A stretch of 64,000 nt of DNA from Mobula hypostoma (lineage: Eukaryota): contig NC_086108.1 in NCBI RefSeq assembly GCF_963921235.1, positions 1,116,001 to 1,180,000 of the forward strand. The letters run 5' to 3'. The notes beneath the pieces were generated by a model. That model saw only the letters and a program-made list of their open reading frames with translations. It was not told the DNA's origin and did no database searches. Shown here in pieces: positions 37,791-49,551 of this stretch (within the stretch, counting starts at the first letter, position 1; every line of letters begins with the position of its first letter). Both the position numbers and the translations under genes were made by a program.

Positions 37791-39533
37791 GCTGGCAGAA
37801 TATAGTATTAATGGTAAGACTCTTGGCAGTGTGGAGGATCAGAGGGATCTTGGGGTCCAAGTCCATCGGACACTCAAAGCTGCTGTGCAGGTTGACTCTG
37901 TGGTTGAGAAGGCATACGGTGTATTGGCTTTCATCAACCGTGGGATTGAGTTCAAGAGCTGAGAGGTAATGTTGCAGCTATATAAGACGCTGGTCAGACC
38001 CCACTTGGAGTACTGTGCTCAGTTCTGGTCACCTCACTACAGGAAGGATGTGGAAACCATAGAAAGGGTGCAGAGGAGATTTACAAGGATGTTGCCTGGA
38101 TTGGGGAGCATGCCTTATGAGAATAGGTTGAGTGAACTCAGCCTTTTCTCGGAGTGAAAGAGGATGAGAGGTGACCTGATAGAGGTGTATAAGATGATGA
38201 GAGGCATTGATTGTGTGGATAGCCAGAGGTTTCTCCCCAGGGCTGAAATGGCTGACACGAGAGGTGACAGTTTTAAGGTGCTTGGAAGTAGGCACAGAGG
38301 AGATGTCAGGGGTAAGATTTTTACGCAGAGAGTGGTGAGTGTGTAGAATGGGCTGCCAGTGATAATGGTGGAGGCGGATACAATAGGGTCTTTTAACAGA
38401 CTTTTGGATAGGTATATGGAGCTTAAAAAATAGAGGTCTATGGGTAACCCTAGGTAATTTCTAAAGCGCATGTTCTGGACAGCATTTTGGGCCAAAGGGC
38501 CTGTATTATGCTGTAGGTTTTCTATTTTTCTAACCAGAATGCAGAGGACAACAAACTGTGCAGATGCAAATATAAATAAATAGCAATAAGTAATGAGAAC
38601 ATGAGATAATGAGATAAAGAGTCCTTAAAGTCAGATCATTGGTTGTGGGAACATCTCAATGGATGGGCAGGTGAATGTGGTTATCCCCATTTGTCACTAG
38701 CCTGATGGTTGAGAGGTAGTAACTATTCTTAAAATGTGGTGGTGCTTGTCCTGAGGCTCTTGTTCCTTCTACTGATGGCAGCAGCGAGAAAAGAACATGG
38801 TCTGGGTGATGGGGATCTCTGATGATGGATGCTGCTTTCCTGTGACAACATTTCATGTAGAGGTGCTCAGTGGCTGGGGATGCTGGGCCGAAACCACTAC
38901 CTTTTGTTGGCTTTTCCATTCAAAAGTATTGGGTCTTCCCATTCCAGGATGTGATGCAGTCAGTCGATACAGTCTCCACTACACATCTTTAGAAGTTTGT
39001 CAAAGTTTTTGATGTCACACCAAATCTCCGTGGACTCCTAAGAAAGAAGAGACTATACTTGAGAGAAGGAGGAATTTCTTCAGTTAAGAGTGTTGAATCG
39101 GTGGAATTTGTTGCCTTGGATGACATTGGAAGCCAAGTCATTGGTCTCTTAGACAGTCATATGCAAATACAGACAATGTATGATAGGTCACTAAAGAGAA
39201 TCACAAGATTCTACAGATATTCTGTGGAGAGCATTCTACCGAGCTGCGTAACTGTCTAGTATGGCGGGGTGGGGGGGGGGCGGCTACTACACAGGATTGG
39301 AATAAGCTGCAGAAAGCTGTAAACTCAGTCAGCTCTGTCATGGGTACTAGCCTCCCCAGCATCCAGGACATCTTCAAGGAGTAATGCCTCAAATAAGGTG
39401 GCGTCCATTATTAAGGACCCCCATCACCCAGGACATGCCCTCTTCTCATTGCTACCATCAGGGAGGAGGTACAGAAGCCTGATGATTCTTCCCCTTTGCT
39501 GATTTCTGAATAGACACTGAATCCATGAACACT

Positions 39534-40513
39534 CATCATCATCATCAGCTGCCGTGCCCAGTTTGAGCTTTGACTGCCATGGCCCACACACTCCTGTTTC
39601 GGGTCAAGTGTACCAATTCATTGGTGTTCATTTCCAGTTCTCTGGCTGCTGTCTCCATCATCATTTATCTTTTGTCTTCCTCTTGCTTTCTTCCCTTCAA
39701 TCTTCCCCATAATTTCCGTGCATTCCAACTCTTCTTTCCTAATCACATGTCCAATGACCTTACATTGCCTTTTCATGATCTCATACATTATCTCTCTTTT
39801 TGTGTTTGCTCTGTTCATGACATCCTCGTTAGATATTCATTTCGTCCATGATATTCTTTGCATCCTCCTCAAAAACCACATCTCTGCTGCTTCAATTCGT
39901 TTCATGTTACTAGATATTGTCCAACATTCTAAGCCATATAACATAACTGGATAAACGTAATATTTCAGTACTCTGAGGTGGGTTGTCATGCCTAGTTTAG
40001 TATTGTCAGTATACTCTTCATTCTCGTAAAGATGTCTTTTGCCATCCCCATTCTTCTTTTGATGTCCAAGTCACACCTGCCATCTGATGTCACCCTGCTT
40101 CCTAAGTAGCAAAAGTTCTGTACTTGTTTTATGTCTTCCCCGTTTATTCTCAGCCTGCAGATAGGATTCTCCTTCTTTTTGGATATCACCATACATTCTG
40201 TCTTTTTGCAATTGATAGACTCATTTTTGCACTATCTTCAACAACTATATCAATTAAATTTTGTAGTTTTTCCTCCGTACTTGCAATTAACGCAGTGTCA
40301 TCTGCATATCTGAAATTATTGATGTTTTCACTGCCAACTTTGATTCCCAAGATGTATCTTATTTTTTGTAATATTGTTTCACTGTACACATTAAATAAAT
40401 CAGGGGAGAAAACACACCCTTGTCTAACGCCGCTCTTGATTTTCATAAACTGACTCACTACTCCATCTATTCTTACAGCGGCAGTTCGTTCCCAGTACAG
40501 ATTTCTATGAAAT
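39534..40513 (-). mobile_element. 5'-truncated RTE-clade LINE with (GAT)n tail and 12-bp TSD, nested in a Rex1-like element
   Basis: GVRQGCVFSPDLFNVYSE, NNFRYADD, FCYLGS, GKKARGR; TSD TCCATGAACACT at 39522-39533 and 40514-40525. Confidence 0.92.
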
Positions 40514-41149
40514 TCCATGAACACTACCTCACTACTTTAGATTTCTGCTTTTACACTACTTATTTAACTGTTTAATATATATGCATACTTACTGTAATTC
40601 ACAGATATTTTTCTATTATGATGTACTGCTGTCGCAAAGACAACAAAGTGATTCTGATTGTGGATAGGGATATGGTGAGTGTGTGCAATGCACTGCTGGG
40701 GTAGGAGCAGAAATTGACTGGTTAGAATCAGAATCAGGTTTATTATCACTGGCATATGTTGTGAAAGGTCTTGGTTGGTAAAGGTAAAGGAATGGAGGGC
40801 GGTTGAAAGAGTCTGGGGAGAACAAGTTCAGAAAAAATTCACGATGATTAAATGGCAGAAAATACTCGATGGGTTGGATGGCTTAATTCTGCTGTTGTGT
40901 CTTATAGCTTTACAGTACCTGTTCACATGACAGTAAACAAGTTTAATTTGTTTTTTATTTAGAGGCAGGGCTTGGACTAGACCCTCCCAGACCTTCGAAC
41001 CGCGCTGCTCAGCAATCGCTGCTTTAACCCTTGCCCAGGGATTCCCATCCGTTGTTATAGCATGGCCCAACACCATTAAGCAGGTTGGCAACCCCTGCCC
41101 CAGCTTAATCACAGAACCATTTGAAATGAACAACTAACCGGCTAACTGT

Positions 41150-41300
41150 TACGTCTTTCAGAGGAAACTGGAGCACCCGGAGCGAACTCACACATTCCAC
41201 ATGGAGAATATACAAACACGTTACAGACGACGCCGGGATTGAACACCAAACTCCGATGCCCTGAGCTGCAATAGAGGCGCGCTGTCATTGTTACGCTACC
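41150..41300 (-). mobile_element. V-SINE-like element just 3' of the exon donor
   Basis: gaggaaactggagcacccggag...acaaac..gttacagac core. Confidence 0.65.
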
Positions 41301-41333
41301 GTCGGTGCCCTGACGTATGTTCAAAGCACTCAC

Positions 41334-42154
41334 CTTCAAGCTGAACTCGTCCTGGCTGCTGAGGGGTGAGGTGACGCTGGGGTTCTGCTGCCCTCCGCGT
41401 TCGTCCGTGTACCTCCGCCGGTGAGACGCCTGCTCTCGGGCGGCCCTGCCACCGAGCATGCCCGTGGTGGGCGGCCAGCCGTTGAAGAGGCCAGCATGGG
41501 TCTTCATATGCCTCTTCAGCTTGCTGGACTGGCTGCAGGCATGCTCGCAGAAGGGGCAGCGGTAGGGCTTCTCGCCCGTGTGGCTTCGCCGGTGCACCAC
41601 CAGGTTGCTGGGAAACTTGAAGGTCTTGCCGCAGAACTCACAGTCCTTGCTCCGGCCGTGTGGCGAGTGCTGCCGGCCGGTCCCCGAGGACGAGTGGCCG
41701 GCTGGCACGGCCGGCAAGCGGTGCTGGTGGCTCCGGCGGGACGGCCCAGCTCCCCCCACTAGGGTCCGCAGCCGGCGGGAGAACTCCACCGGCGGCCGCC
41801 GTCCCTGGGCTGGCGAGGGTGCCGTCTCCTCTGAGCCACTGTCACTCTGGTCGGGCAGCCGGTGGAGGGGCGGAGCAAAGAGCAGGGAGCCCGTCACCGC
41901 CGCTGGCGAGCGGACCCGGAAGGGGGTCTCTCGGGCGCGGGGCCCCTCGGAAGGGCTGCCCTCCTGGGACCGGGGGGACAGGGAGCCGGCGGGGTTGTCA
42001 GTGCTGGATGGTGGTGGCAAGGGGGACTCGGCGTGGTCCAGCTCGAGGAAGATGTGGAGGCCATGGTTGTACTGGGCGTGTTGAAGCAAGAGCCAGGCGC
42101 TGGGGAAGGGTTCCTTGCAGGAGGTGCAGATGTAGCAGACGGGCTCCACCTCAT
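41334..42154 (-). CDS. Internal coding exon of a BCL11-family C2H2 zinc-finger transcription factor (BCL11A/B-like, possibly ZNF296 orthologue): ZF1 plus the ZF2-ZF3 pair
   Basis: Translation (D)EVEPVCYICTSCKEPFPSAWLLLQHAQYNHGLHIFLE matches BCL11 ZF1; also EFSRRLRTL and [49 protein letters not shown]. Acceptor ctttttctgcccacag|AT at 42155/42154 (phase 1); donor AAG|GTGAGT at 41334/41333 (phase 0). GC/CpG-rich. Confidence 0.92.
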
Positions 42155-42449
42155 CTGTGGGCAGAAAAAGAAACAAGCGTAGGTTAGAAAACCATTGCCT
42201 ATCAAACACACAGCCTGGAGCCCACCATCACCAAAGACTTGACATTGGGAACAGTTTGCACTGACTATATGGGCCGAATGCTCTGTTTCTATGCCTGTAT
42301 GATGAAGACCATAAGACATGGGAGCAGAATTAGGCCACTTCCTATCCACGTCCACTCCAAGAGCTGACTTTCAATATTCAGGAGGTTTCAATGAGATCCC
42401 CCTCATCTCTCTAAACACCAGTGAGTCGAGCCCCAGAGCCTTCAAAAGC

Positions 42450-43115
42450 CAGCAAGCCATGCTAGCATCTCCTCTTAAAGAGGTCCAGTATGTCAACAGA
42501 CATTGCAACAAACTTTTACACTTTTGCCAAGAGTCAGACCACACTTGGAGTATTGTGGGCACTTCTGGGCCCCTTATCTAAGAAAAGGTGTGGGTGTGCA
42601 GGCCTCGGACAGGGTCCAGAGGAGGTTCGTGAGAATGATCCTGGAAATGGAAGGGTTAATGTACGAGGAGTGTTTGTTGGCTTTAGGCCTGTATTCACTG
42701 GAGTTTAGAAGCATGATGAAGTGTGGGGCTGGGGGGGGGGGGGGGAAGATTCTCATTAAAACCGGCAAATATTGAAAGGCCTAGATAGAGTGGACATGGA
42801 GAGGATTTTTGCTATAGCAGGGGAGTCTAGGACCAGTGGGTACAGCCTCAGACTACAAGGTTGTCCCATTAGAGCAGAGAAGGAGGAATTTCTTTAAAAG
42901 AGGGAGGTGAATCTGTGGAATTCATTGCCACAGATAGCTGGCAACCAAGTTAGGGGGCAAATTTAAAGTGGGGGTTGATAGGCGCTTGATTAGTCATGGC
43001 ATGGAAGGGTACAGGGAGAAGGCAGGAGATTGAAAATAAATCAGTCATGATGGAATAGGAGCGCAGACTTGATGGGCCCACTGGCCTAATTCTGCTCCAA
43101 CACTTTATGGTCTTA
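42450..43115 (+). mobile_element. Degenerate CR1 3' fragment
   Basis: RPHLEYC...LGLYSLEFR motif and 3'UTR. Confidence 0.8.
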
Positions 43116-45628
43116 AATGCAGTGTAGAAAGTATCTTCTGCCCAGCCACAAATCCTTCTCAATGTTATTTGTTCAGCCTCCATACATGCAGATCTAAGTT
43201 ACATAGAAATATAGAAAACCTACAGCATAATACAGGCCCTTCGGCCCACAAAGCTGTGTCAAACATGTCCCTACCTTAGAACTACCTGGGCTTTACCCAT
43301 AGCCCTCTATTTTTCTAAGCTCTATGTAGCCATCCAGGAGTCTCTTCAAAGACCCTATCGTTTCCACCTCCACCACCACCGCTGGTAGCCCATTTCACGC
43401 ACTCACCACTCTCTGCGTAAAAAAACTTATCCCTGACATCTCCTCTGTACCTACTTCCAAGCACCTTAAAACTGTGCCCTCTCATGCTAGCCATTTCAGC
43501 CCTGGGGAAAAGCCTCTGACTACCCACATGATCAATGCCTCTCATTACCTTGTACACCTCTATTAAGTCACCTCTCATCCTCCTGTTTTCGTAAGGCATG
43601 CTCCCCAATCCAGGCAACATCCTTGTAAATCTCCTCTGCACCCTTTCTATGGTTTCCACGTCCTTCCTATAGTGAGGCGACCAGAATTGAGCAGAGTACT
43701 CCAAGTGGGGTCTGACCATGGTCCCATATAGCTGCAACATTACCTCTCGGCTCTTAAGCTCAATCCCACGATTGATGAAGGCCAATGCACCGCACGCCTT
43801 CTTAACCACAGAGTCAACCTGCGTAGCAGCTTGGAGTGTCCTATGGACATGGACCCCAAGATCCCTCTGATCCTCCACGCTGCCAGGAGTCTTACCATTA
43901 ATACTATATTCTGCCATCATATTTGACCTACCAAAATGAACCACCTCACACTTACCTGGGTTGAACTCCATCTGCCACTTCTCAGCCCAGTTTCGCATCC
44001 TATCAATGTCCCACTGTAACCTCTGACAGCCGTCCACACTATCCACAATACCCCCAAACTTGGTGTCATCAGCATATTTACTAACCCATCCCTCCACTTC
44101 CTCATCCAGGTCATTTATAAAAATCAAAAAGAGTAGGGGTCCCAGAACAGATCCCTGAGGCACACCACTGGTCACCGACCTCCATGCAGAATATGACCCG
44201 TCTACAACCACTCTGACCCTGTGGGCAAGCCAGTTCTGGATCCACAAAGCAATGTCCCCTTGGATCCCATGTCTCCTTACTTTCTCAATAAGTCTTGCAT
44301 GGGGTACCTTATCAAATGCCTTGCTGAAATCCATCTACACTACATCTACTGCGCTTCCTTCATCAATGTGTTTAGTCACAACCTCAAAAAATTCAGTCAG
44401 GCTTGTAAGGCATGACCTTCCTTTGACAAACCCTTGCTGACTATTCCTAATCATATTATGCCTCTCCAAATGTTCATAAATCCTGCCTCTCAGAATCTCC
44501 TCCATCAACTTACCAACCACTGAAGTAAGACTCACTGGTCTGTAATTTCCTGGGCTATCTCTACTCCCTTTCTTGAATAAGGGAACAACATCTGCAACCC
44601 TCCAATCCTCCAGAACCTCTCCCATCCCCATTGATGATGCAAAGATCATTGCTAGAGGCTCAGCAATCTCGTCCCTCACCTCCCACAGTAGCCTGGGGTC
44701 CATCCTGTCCGGTCCCGGTGATTTATCCAACTTGATGCTTTCCAAAAGCTCCAGCACATCCTCTTCCTTAATATCTATATGCTCAACCTTTTCAGTTCAC
44801 CGCAAGTCATCCCTACAATCGCCAAGATCCTTTTCCGTAGTGAATACTGAAACAAAGTACTCATTAAGTACCTCCGCTATTTCCTCCTGTTCCATACACA
44901 CTTTTCCACTGTCACATTTGATTGGTCCTATTCTCTCACGTCTTATCCTCTTGCTCTTCACATACTTGTAGAATGCCTTGGTGTTTCCCCTAATCCTGAC
45001 ACCAAGGCCTTCTCATGGCCCCTTCTGGCTCTCCTAATTTCATTCTTAAGCTCCTTCCTGCTAGCCTTATAATTTTCTAGATTCATATCATTACCTAGTT
45101 TTTTGAACCTTTCATAAGCTCTTCTCTTCTTCTCGACTAGATTTACAACAGCCTTTGTACACCACAGATCTTGTACCTACCATCCTTTCCCTGTCTCATT
45201 GGAACGTACCTACTCAGAACCCCACGCAAATATCCCCTGAACATTTGCCACATTTCTTGGGTATGTTTCCCTGGGAACATCTGTTCCCAACTGATGCTTT
45301 TAAGTTCCTGCCTGATAGCCTCATAGTTCCCCTTACTCCAATTAAACATTTCCTTAACTTGTCTGTTCCTATCCCTTTCCAATACTATGGTAAAGCAGAT
45401 AGAATTGTAATCACTATCTCCAAAATGCTCTCCCACTGAGAGACCCGACACCTGACCATGCTCATTTCCCAATACCAGATCAACTACAGCCTCTCTTCTT
45501 ATAGGCTACATATTGTGTCAAGAAACCTTCCTGAACACATCTAACAAACTCCACCCCATCTAAACCCCTCCCTCTAGGGAGATGCCAATCGATATTTTTC
45601 CTGTTTCATTCCTGTAGAATTAGATAGC

Positions 45629-46564
45629 ATGCCTGCAGGGTTGGTGCTTTGTTCAGGGTGTCAGATGTGGGAATCCTGGGAGACTTCCAGCCTCCCTGAT
45701 GGCCACATCTGTGCCAGGTGCACCGAGATGCGGCTCCTCAGAGACCGTGTTAGGGATCTGGAGCTGCAGCTTGATGACCTACTGCTTATCAGGGAAAGTG
45801 AAGAGGTGATAGACAGGAGCTACAGGGAGATAGTCATCCCTAGGCTACAGGGGTCAGAAAACTGGGTGACTGTCAGGAGAGGGAAGGGAAATGCCCAGAC
45901 AGTGGAGAGCACACCTGTGGCTGTCCCCCTCAGCAACAAATATCTTGTTCTGGATGCTGTTGAGGGGGATGACCTGACAGGGGACTCCCACGGTGACCGG
46001 ATCTCTGGCACTGAGCCTGGCGCTGTTGTGCAGGAGAGGAGGAGGGAGAAGAGAAATGCGGTAGTCATAGGGGATTCCATAGTCAGGGGAATGGACAGGA
46101 GATTCTGTGAGTCTGATAGAGATACCTGCATGGTGTGTTGCCTCCCAGGTGCCAGGGTACGGGATGTCTCGGATCGGGTCCTGAATATTCTGAAGGGGGA
46201 GGGTGAGCAGCCAATTGTCTTGGTACATGTTGGTACCAATGACATAGATAGGACAAAGGAGGAGGTCCTGAAGAGAGATTTCTGGGAGTTAGGAAGGAAG
46301 CTGAGAAGCAGGACCTCCAGGGTAGTAATCTCAGGATTGCTACCTGTGCCACGTGCTAGCGAGGGCAAGAATAGTAGGATCAGGCAGATGAATGCGTGGC
46401 TGAGAGACTGGTGCAGGGGACAGGGCTTCAGATTCTTAGATAATTGGGATCTCTTCTGGGGGAAGTATGACCTGTTCAAAAAGGACAGGTTACACCTGAA
46501 TCCGAAGGGGACCAATATCCTGGCGGGAAAGTTTAATAGAGCTGTTAGGGAGGGTTTAAACTAA
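45629..46564 (+). CDS. CR1 ORF1 protein (311 aa): CxxC...CxxC zinc finger, leucine zipper/coiled coil, SGNH esterase domain
   Basis: CSGC...CARC, LRDRVRDLELQLDDL, and GDSIVRG, HVGTND, DRLH blocks; uninterrupted ATG to TAA. Confidence 0.9.
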   Translation: MPAGLVLCSGCQMWESWETSSLPDGHICARCTEMRLLRDRVRDLELQLDDLLLIRESEEVIDRSYREIVIPRLQGSENWVTVRRGKGNAQTVESTPVAVPLSNKYLVLDAVEGDDLTGDSHGDRISGTEPGAVVQERRREKRNAVVIGDSIVRGMDRRFCESDRDTCMVCCLPGARVRDVSDRVLNILKGEGEQPIVLVHVGTNDIDRTKEEVLKRDFWELGRKLRSRTSRVVISGLLPVPRASEGKNSRIRQMNAWLRDWCRGQGFRFLDNWDLFWGKYDLFKKDRLHLNPKGTNILAGKFNRAVREGLN

Positions 46565-46665
46565 TTTGGCAGGGGGATGGGAACCGGAATGATAGAGCAG
46601 AGGAAGGGGAAAACAGAAATAAATCTAAGATAGTGAGCAGTAAAGATGTCAGGAAAGACAGGTAG

Positions 46666-49551
46666 GTGATGGGGCAAATTTGTAGCCATTGGGATGAGTT
46701 GCAGTGCAATAAAGTTGCAGTGGAATCAAAGCGAAAAGTACCAAATACTGGTTTTAAGGTGTTATACTTAAATGCACGCAGCATAAGGAATAAGGTGGAT
46801 GATCTTGTCGTACAGCTACAGATTGGCAGGTATGATACTGTGGCCATCACTGAGACGTGGCTAAAGGATGCATGTCTCTGGGAGCTGAACATCCAAGGAT
46901 ACACGGTGTATCGGAAGGATAGGAAGGTAGGCAGAGGGGGAGGCGTGGCTTTATTGGTAAGAAATGATATTAAATCATTAGAAAGAGGTGATATAGGATC
47001 GGAAGGTGCAGAATCTTTATGGGTTGAACTGCGAAATCGCAGGGGTAAAAGGACCCTGATGGCAGTTATTTATAGGCCTCCAAACAGCTGCAGGAATGTG
47101 GACTACAAATTACAACAGGAAATAGAAAAGGCTTGTCAGAAGGGCAGTGTTATGATAATTGTGGAGGATTTTAACATGCGAGTGGATTGGGAAAATCAGG
47201 TCGGCACTGGATCTCAAGAGAGAGAATTTGTAGAATGTCTGCGAGTTGACTTTTTAGAACAGCTTGTTGTTGAGTCCACTGGGGGATCGGCTGTACTGGA
47301 TTGGGTATTGTGTAATGAACCGGAGGTGATTAGAGAGATTGAGGTGAAGGAACCCTTAGGAGGCAGTGATCATAACATGATTGAGTTTACTGTGAAATTT
47401 GAAAAAGAGAAGGCGAAATCTGATGTGTCGGTATTTCAGTGGAGTAAAGGAAATTACAGTGGCATGAGAGAGGAACTGGCCAAAGTTGACTGGAAAGGGA
47501 CACTGGCAGGAAAGACGGCAGAGCAGCAGTGGCTGGAGTTTATGTGAGAAGTGAGGAAGGTGCAAGACAGGTATATTCCAAAAAAGAAGAAATTTTCGAA
47601 TGGGAAAAGGATGCAACCATGGTTGACAAGAGAAGTCAAACCCAAAGTTAAAGCAAAGGAGAGGGCATACAAGGAAGCAAAAATTAGTGGGAAGACAGAG
47701 GATTGGGAAGTCTTTAAAACCTTACAAAAGGAAACCAAGAAGGTCATTAAGAGGGAAAAGATTAACTATGAAAGGAAGCTGGCAAATAATATCAAAGAGG
47801 ATACTAAAAGCTTTTTCAAGTATATAAAGAGTAAAAGACAGGTGAGAGTAGATATAGGACCGATAGAAAATGATGCTGGAGAAATTGTAATGGGAGATAA
47901 GGAGATGGTGGAGGAACTGAACGAGTATTTTGCATCAGTCTTCACTGAGGAAGACATCAGCAGCATACCGGACACTCAAGGGTGGCAGGGAAGAGAAGTG
48001 TGCGCAGTCACAATTACGACACAGAAAGTACTCAGGAAGCTGAATAGTCTAAGGGTAGATAAATCTCCTGGACCAGATGGAATGCACCCTCGTGTTCTGA
48101 AGGAAGTAGCTGTGGAGATTGCGGCGGCATTAGCGACGATCTTTCAAACGTCGATAGATTCTGGCATGGTTCCGGAGGACTGGAAGATTGCAAATGTCAC
48201 TCCGCTATTTAAGAAGGGGGCAAGGAAGCAAAAAGGAAATTATAGACCTGTTAGCTTGACATTGGTGGTTGGGAAGTTGTTGGAGTCGATTGTCAAGGAT
48301 GAGGTTACAGAGTACCTAGAGGCATATGACAAGATAGACAGAACTCAGCATGGATTCCTTAAAGGAAAATCCTGCCCGACAAACCTATTACAATTTTTTG
48401 AGGAAATTACCAGTAGGCTAGACAAGGGAGATGCAGTGGATGTTGTATATTTGGATTTTCAGAAGGCCTTTGACAAGGTGCCACACATGAGGCTACTTAA
48501 CAAGATAAGAGCTCATGAAATTACGGGAAAGTTACATACGTGGATAGAGCGTTGGCGATTGGCAGGAAACAGAGAGTGGGAATAAAGGGATCCTATTCTG
48601 GTTGGCTGCCGGTTACCAGTGGTGTTCCACAGGGGTCCATGTTGGGGCCGATCCTTTTTACATTGTACATCAATGATTTGGATTATGGAACAGATGGCTT
48701 TGTGGCTAAGTTTGCTGACGATACGAAGATAGGTGGAGGGGCCGGTAGTGCTGAGGAAACGGGGAGTCTGCAGAGAGACTTGGATAGATTGGAAGAATGG
48801 GCAAAGAAGTGGCAAATGAAATACAATGTTGGAAAGTGTATGGTTATGCACTTTGGCAGAAGAAAGAAACGGGCAGACTATTATTTAAATGGGGAAAGAA
48901 TTCAAAGTTCTGAGATGCAACGGGACTTGGGAGTCCTCGTACAGGATACCCTTAAGGTTAACCTCCAGGTTGAGTCGGTAGTGAAGAAGGTGAATGCAAT
49001 GTTGGCATTCATTTCTAGAGGAATAGAATATAGGAGCAGGGATGTGATGTTGAGGCTCTATAAGGCGCTGGTGAGACCTCACTTGGAGTACTGTGGGCAG
49101 TTTTGGTCTCCTTATTTAAGAAAGGATGTGCTGACGTTGGAGAGGGTACAGAGAAGATTCACTAGAATGATTCTGGGAATGAGAGGGTTAACATATGAGG
49201 AACGTTTGTCCGCTCTTGGACTGTATTCCTTGGAGTTTAGAAGAGTGAGGGGAGACCTCATAGAAATATTTCGAATGTCGAAAGGCATGGACAGAGTGGA
49301 TGTGGCAAAGTTGTTTCCCATGATGGGGGAGTCTAGTACGAGAGGGCATGACTTAAGGATTGAAGGGCGCCCATTCAGAACAGAAATGCGAAGAAATTTT
49401 TTTTAGTCAGAGGGTGGTGAATCTATGGAATTTGTTGCCACGGACAGCAGTGGAGGCCAAGTCATTGGGTGTATTTAAGGCAGAGATTGATAGGTATCTG
49501 AGTAGCCAGGGCATCAAAGGCTATGGTGAGAAGGTGGGGGAGTGGGACTAA
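46666..49551 (+). pseudogene. CR1 ORF2 (AP endonuclease plus reverse transcriptase), disrupted
   Basis: Consecutive ORF pieces 46666-47547, 47551-48585 and 48540-49406 with ETW, GGGV, SDH, YRPVSL, DFQKAFD, GVPQGS and FADD motifs. Confidence 0.92.

Larger units (their letters stand above)
34350..38530 (+). mobile_element. Near full-length degenerate CR1 LINE of a second subfamily, with part of the RT replaced by a Penelope-like fragment
   Basis: ORF1 remnant (CLPAARV, HIDTND, DGLH) ending at 35320; ORF2 pieces YFNARS, SDH, DFSKAFD, RPHLEYC; 3'UTR ending gctgtaggttttctat. Confidence 0.9.
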
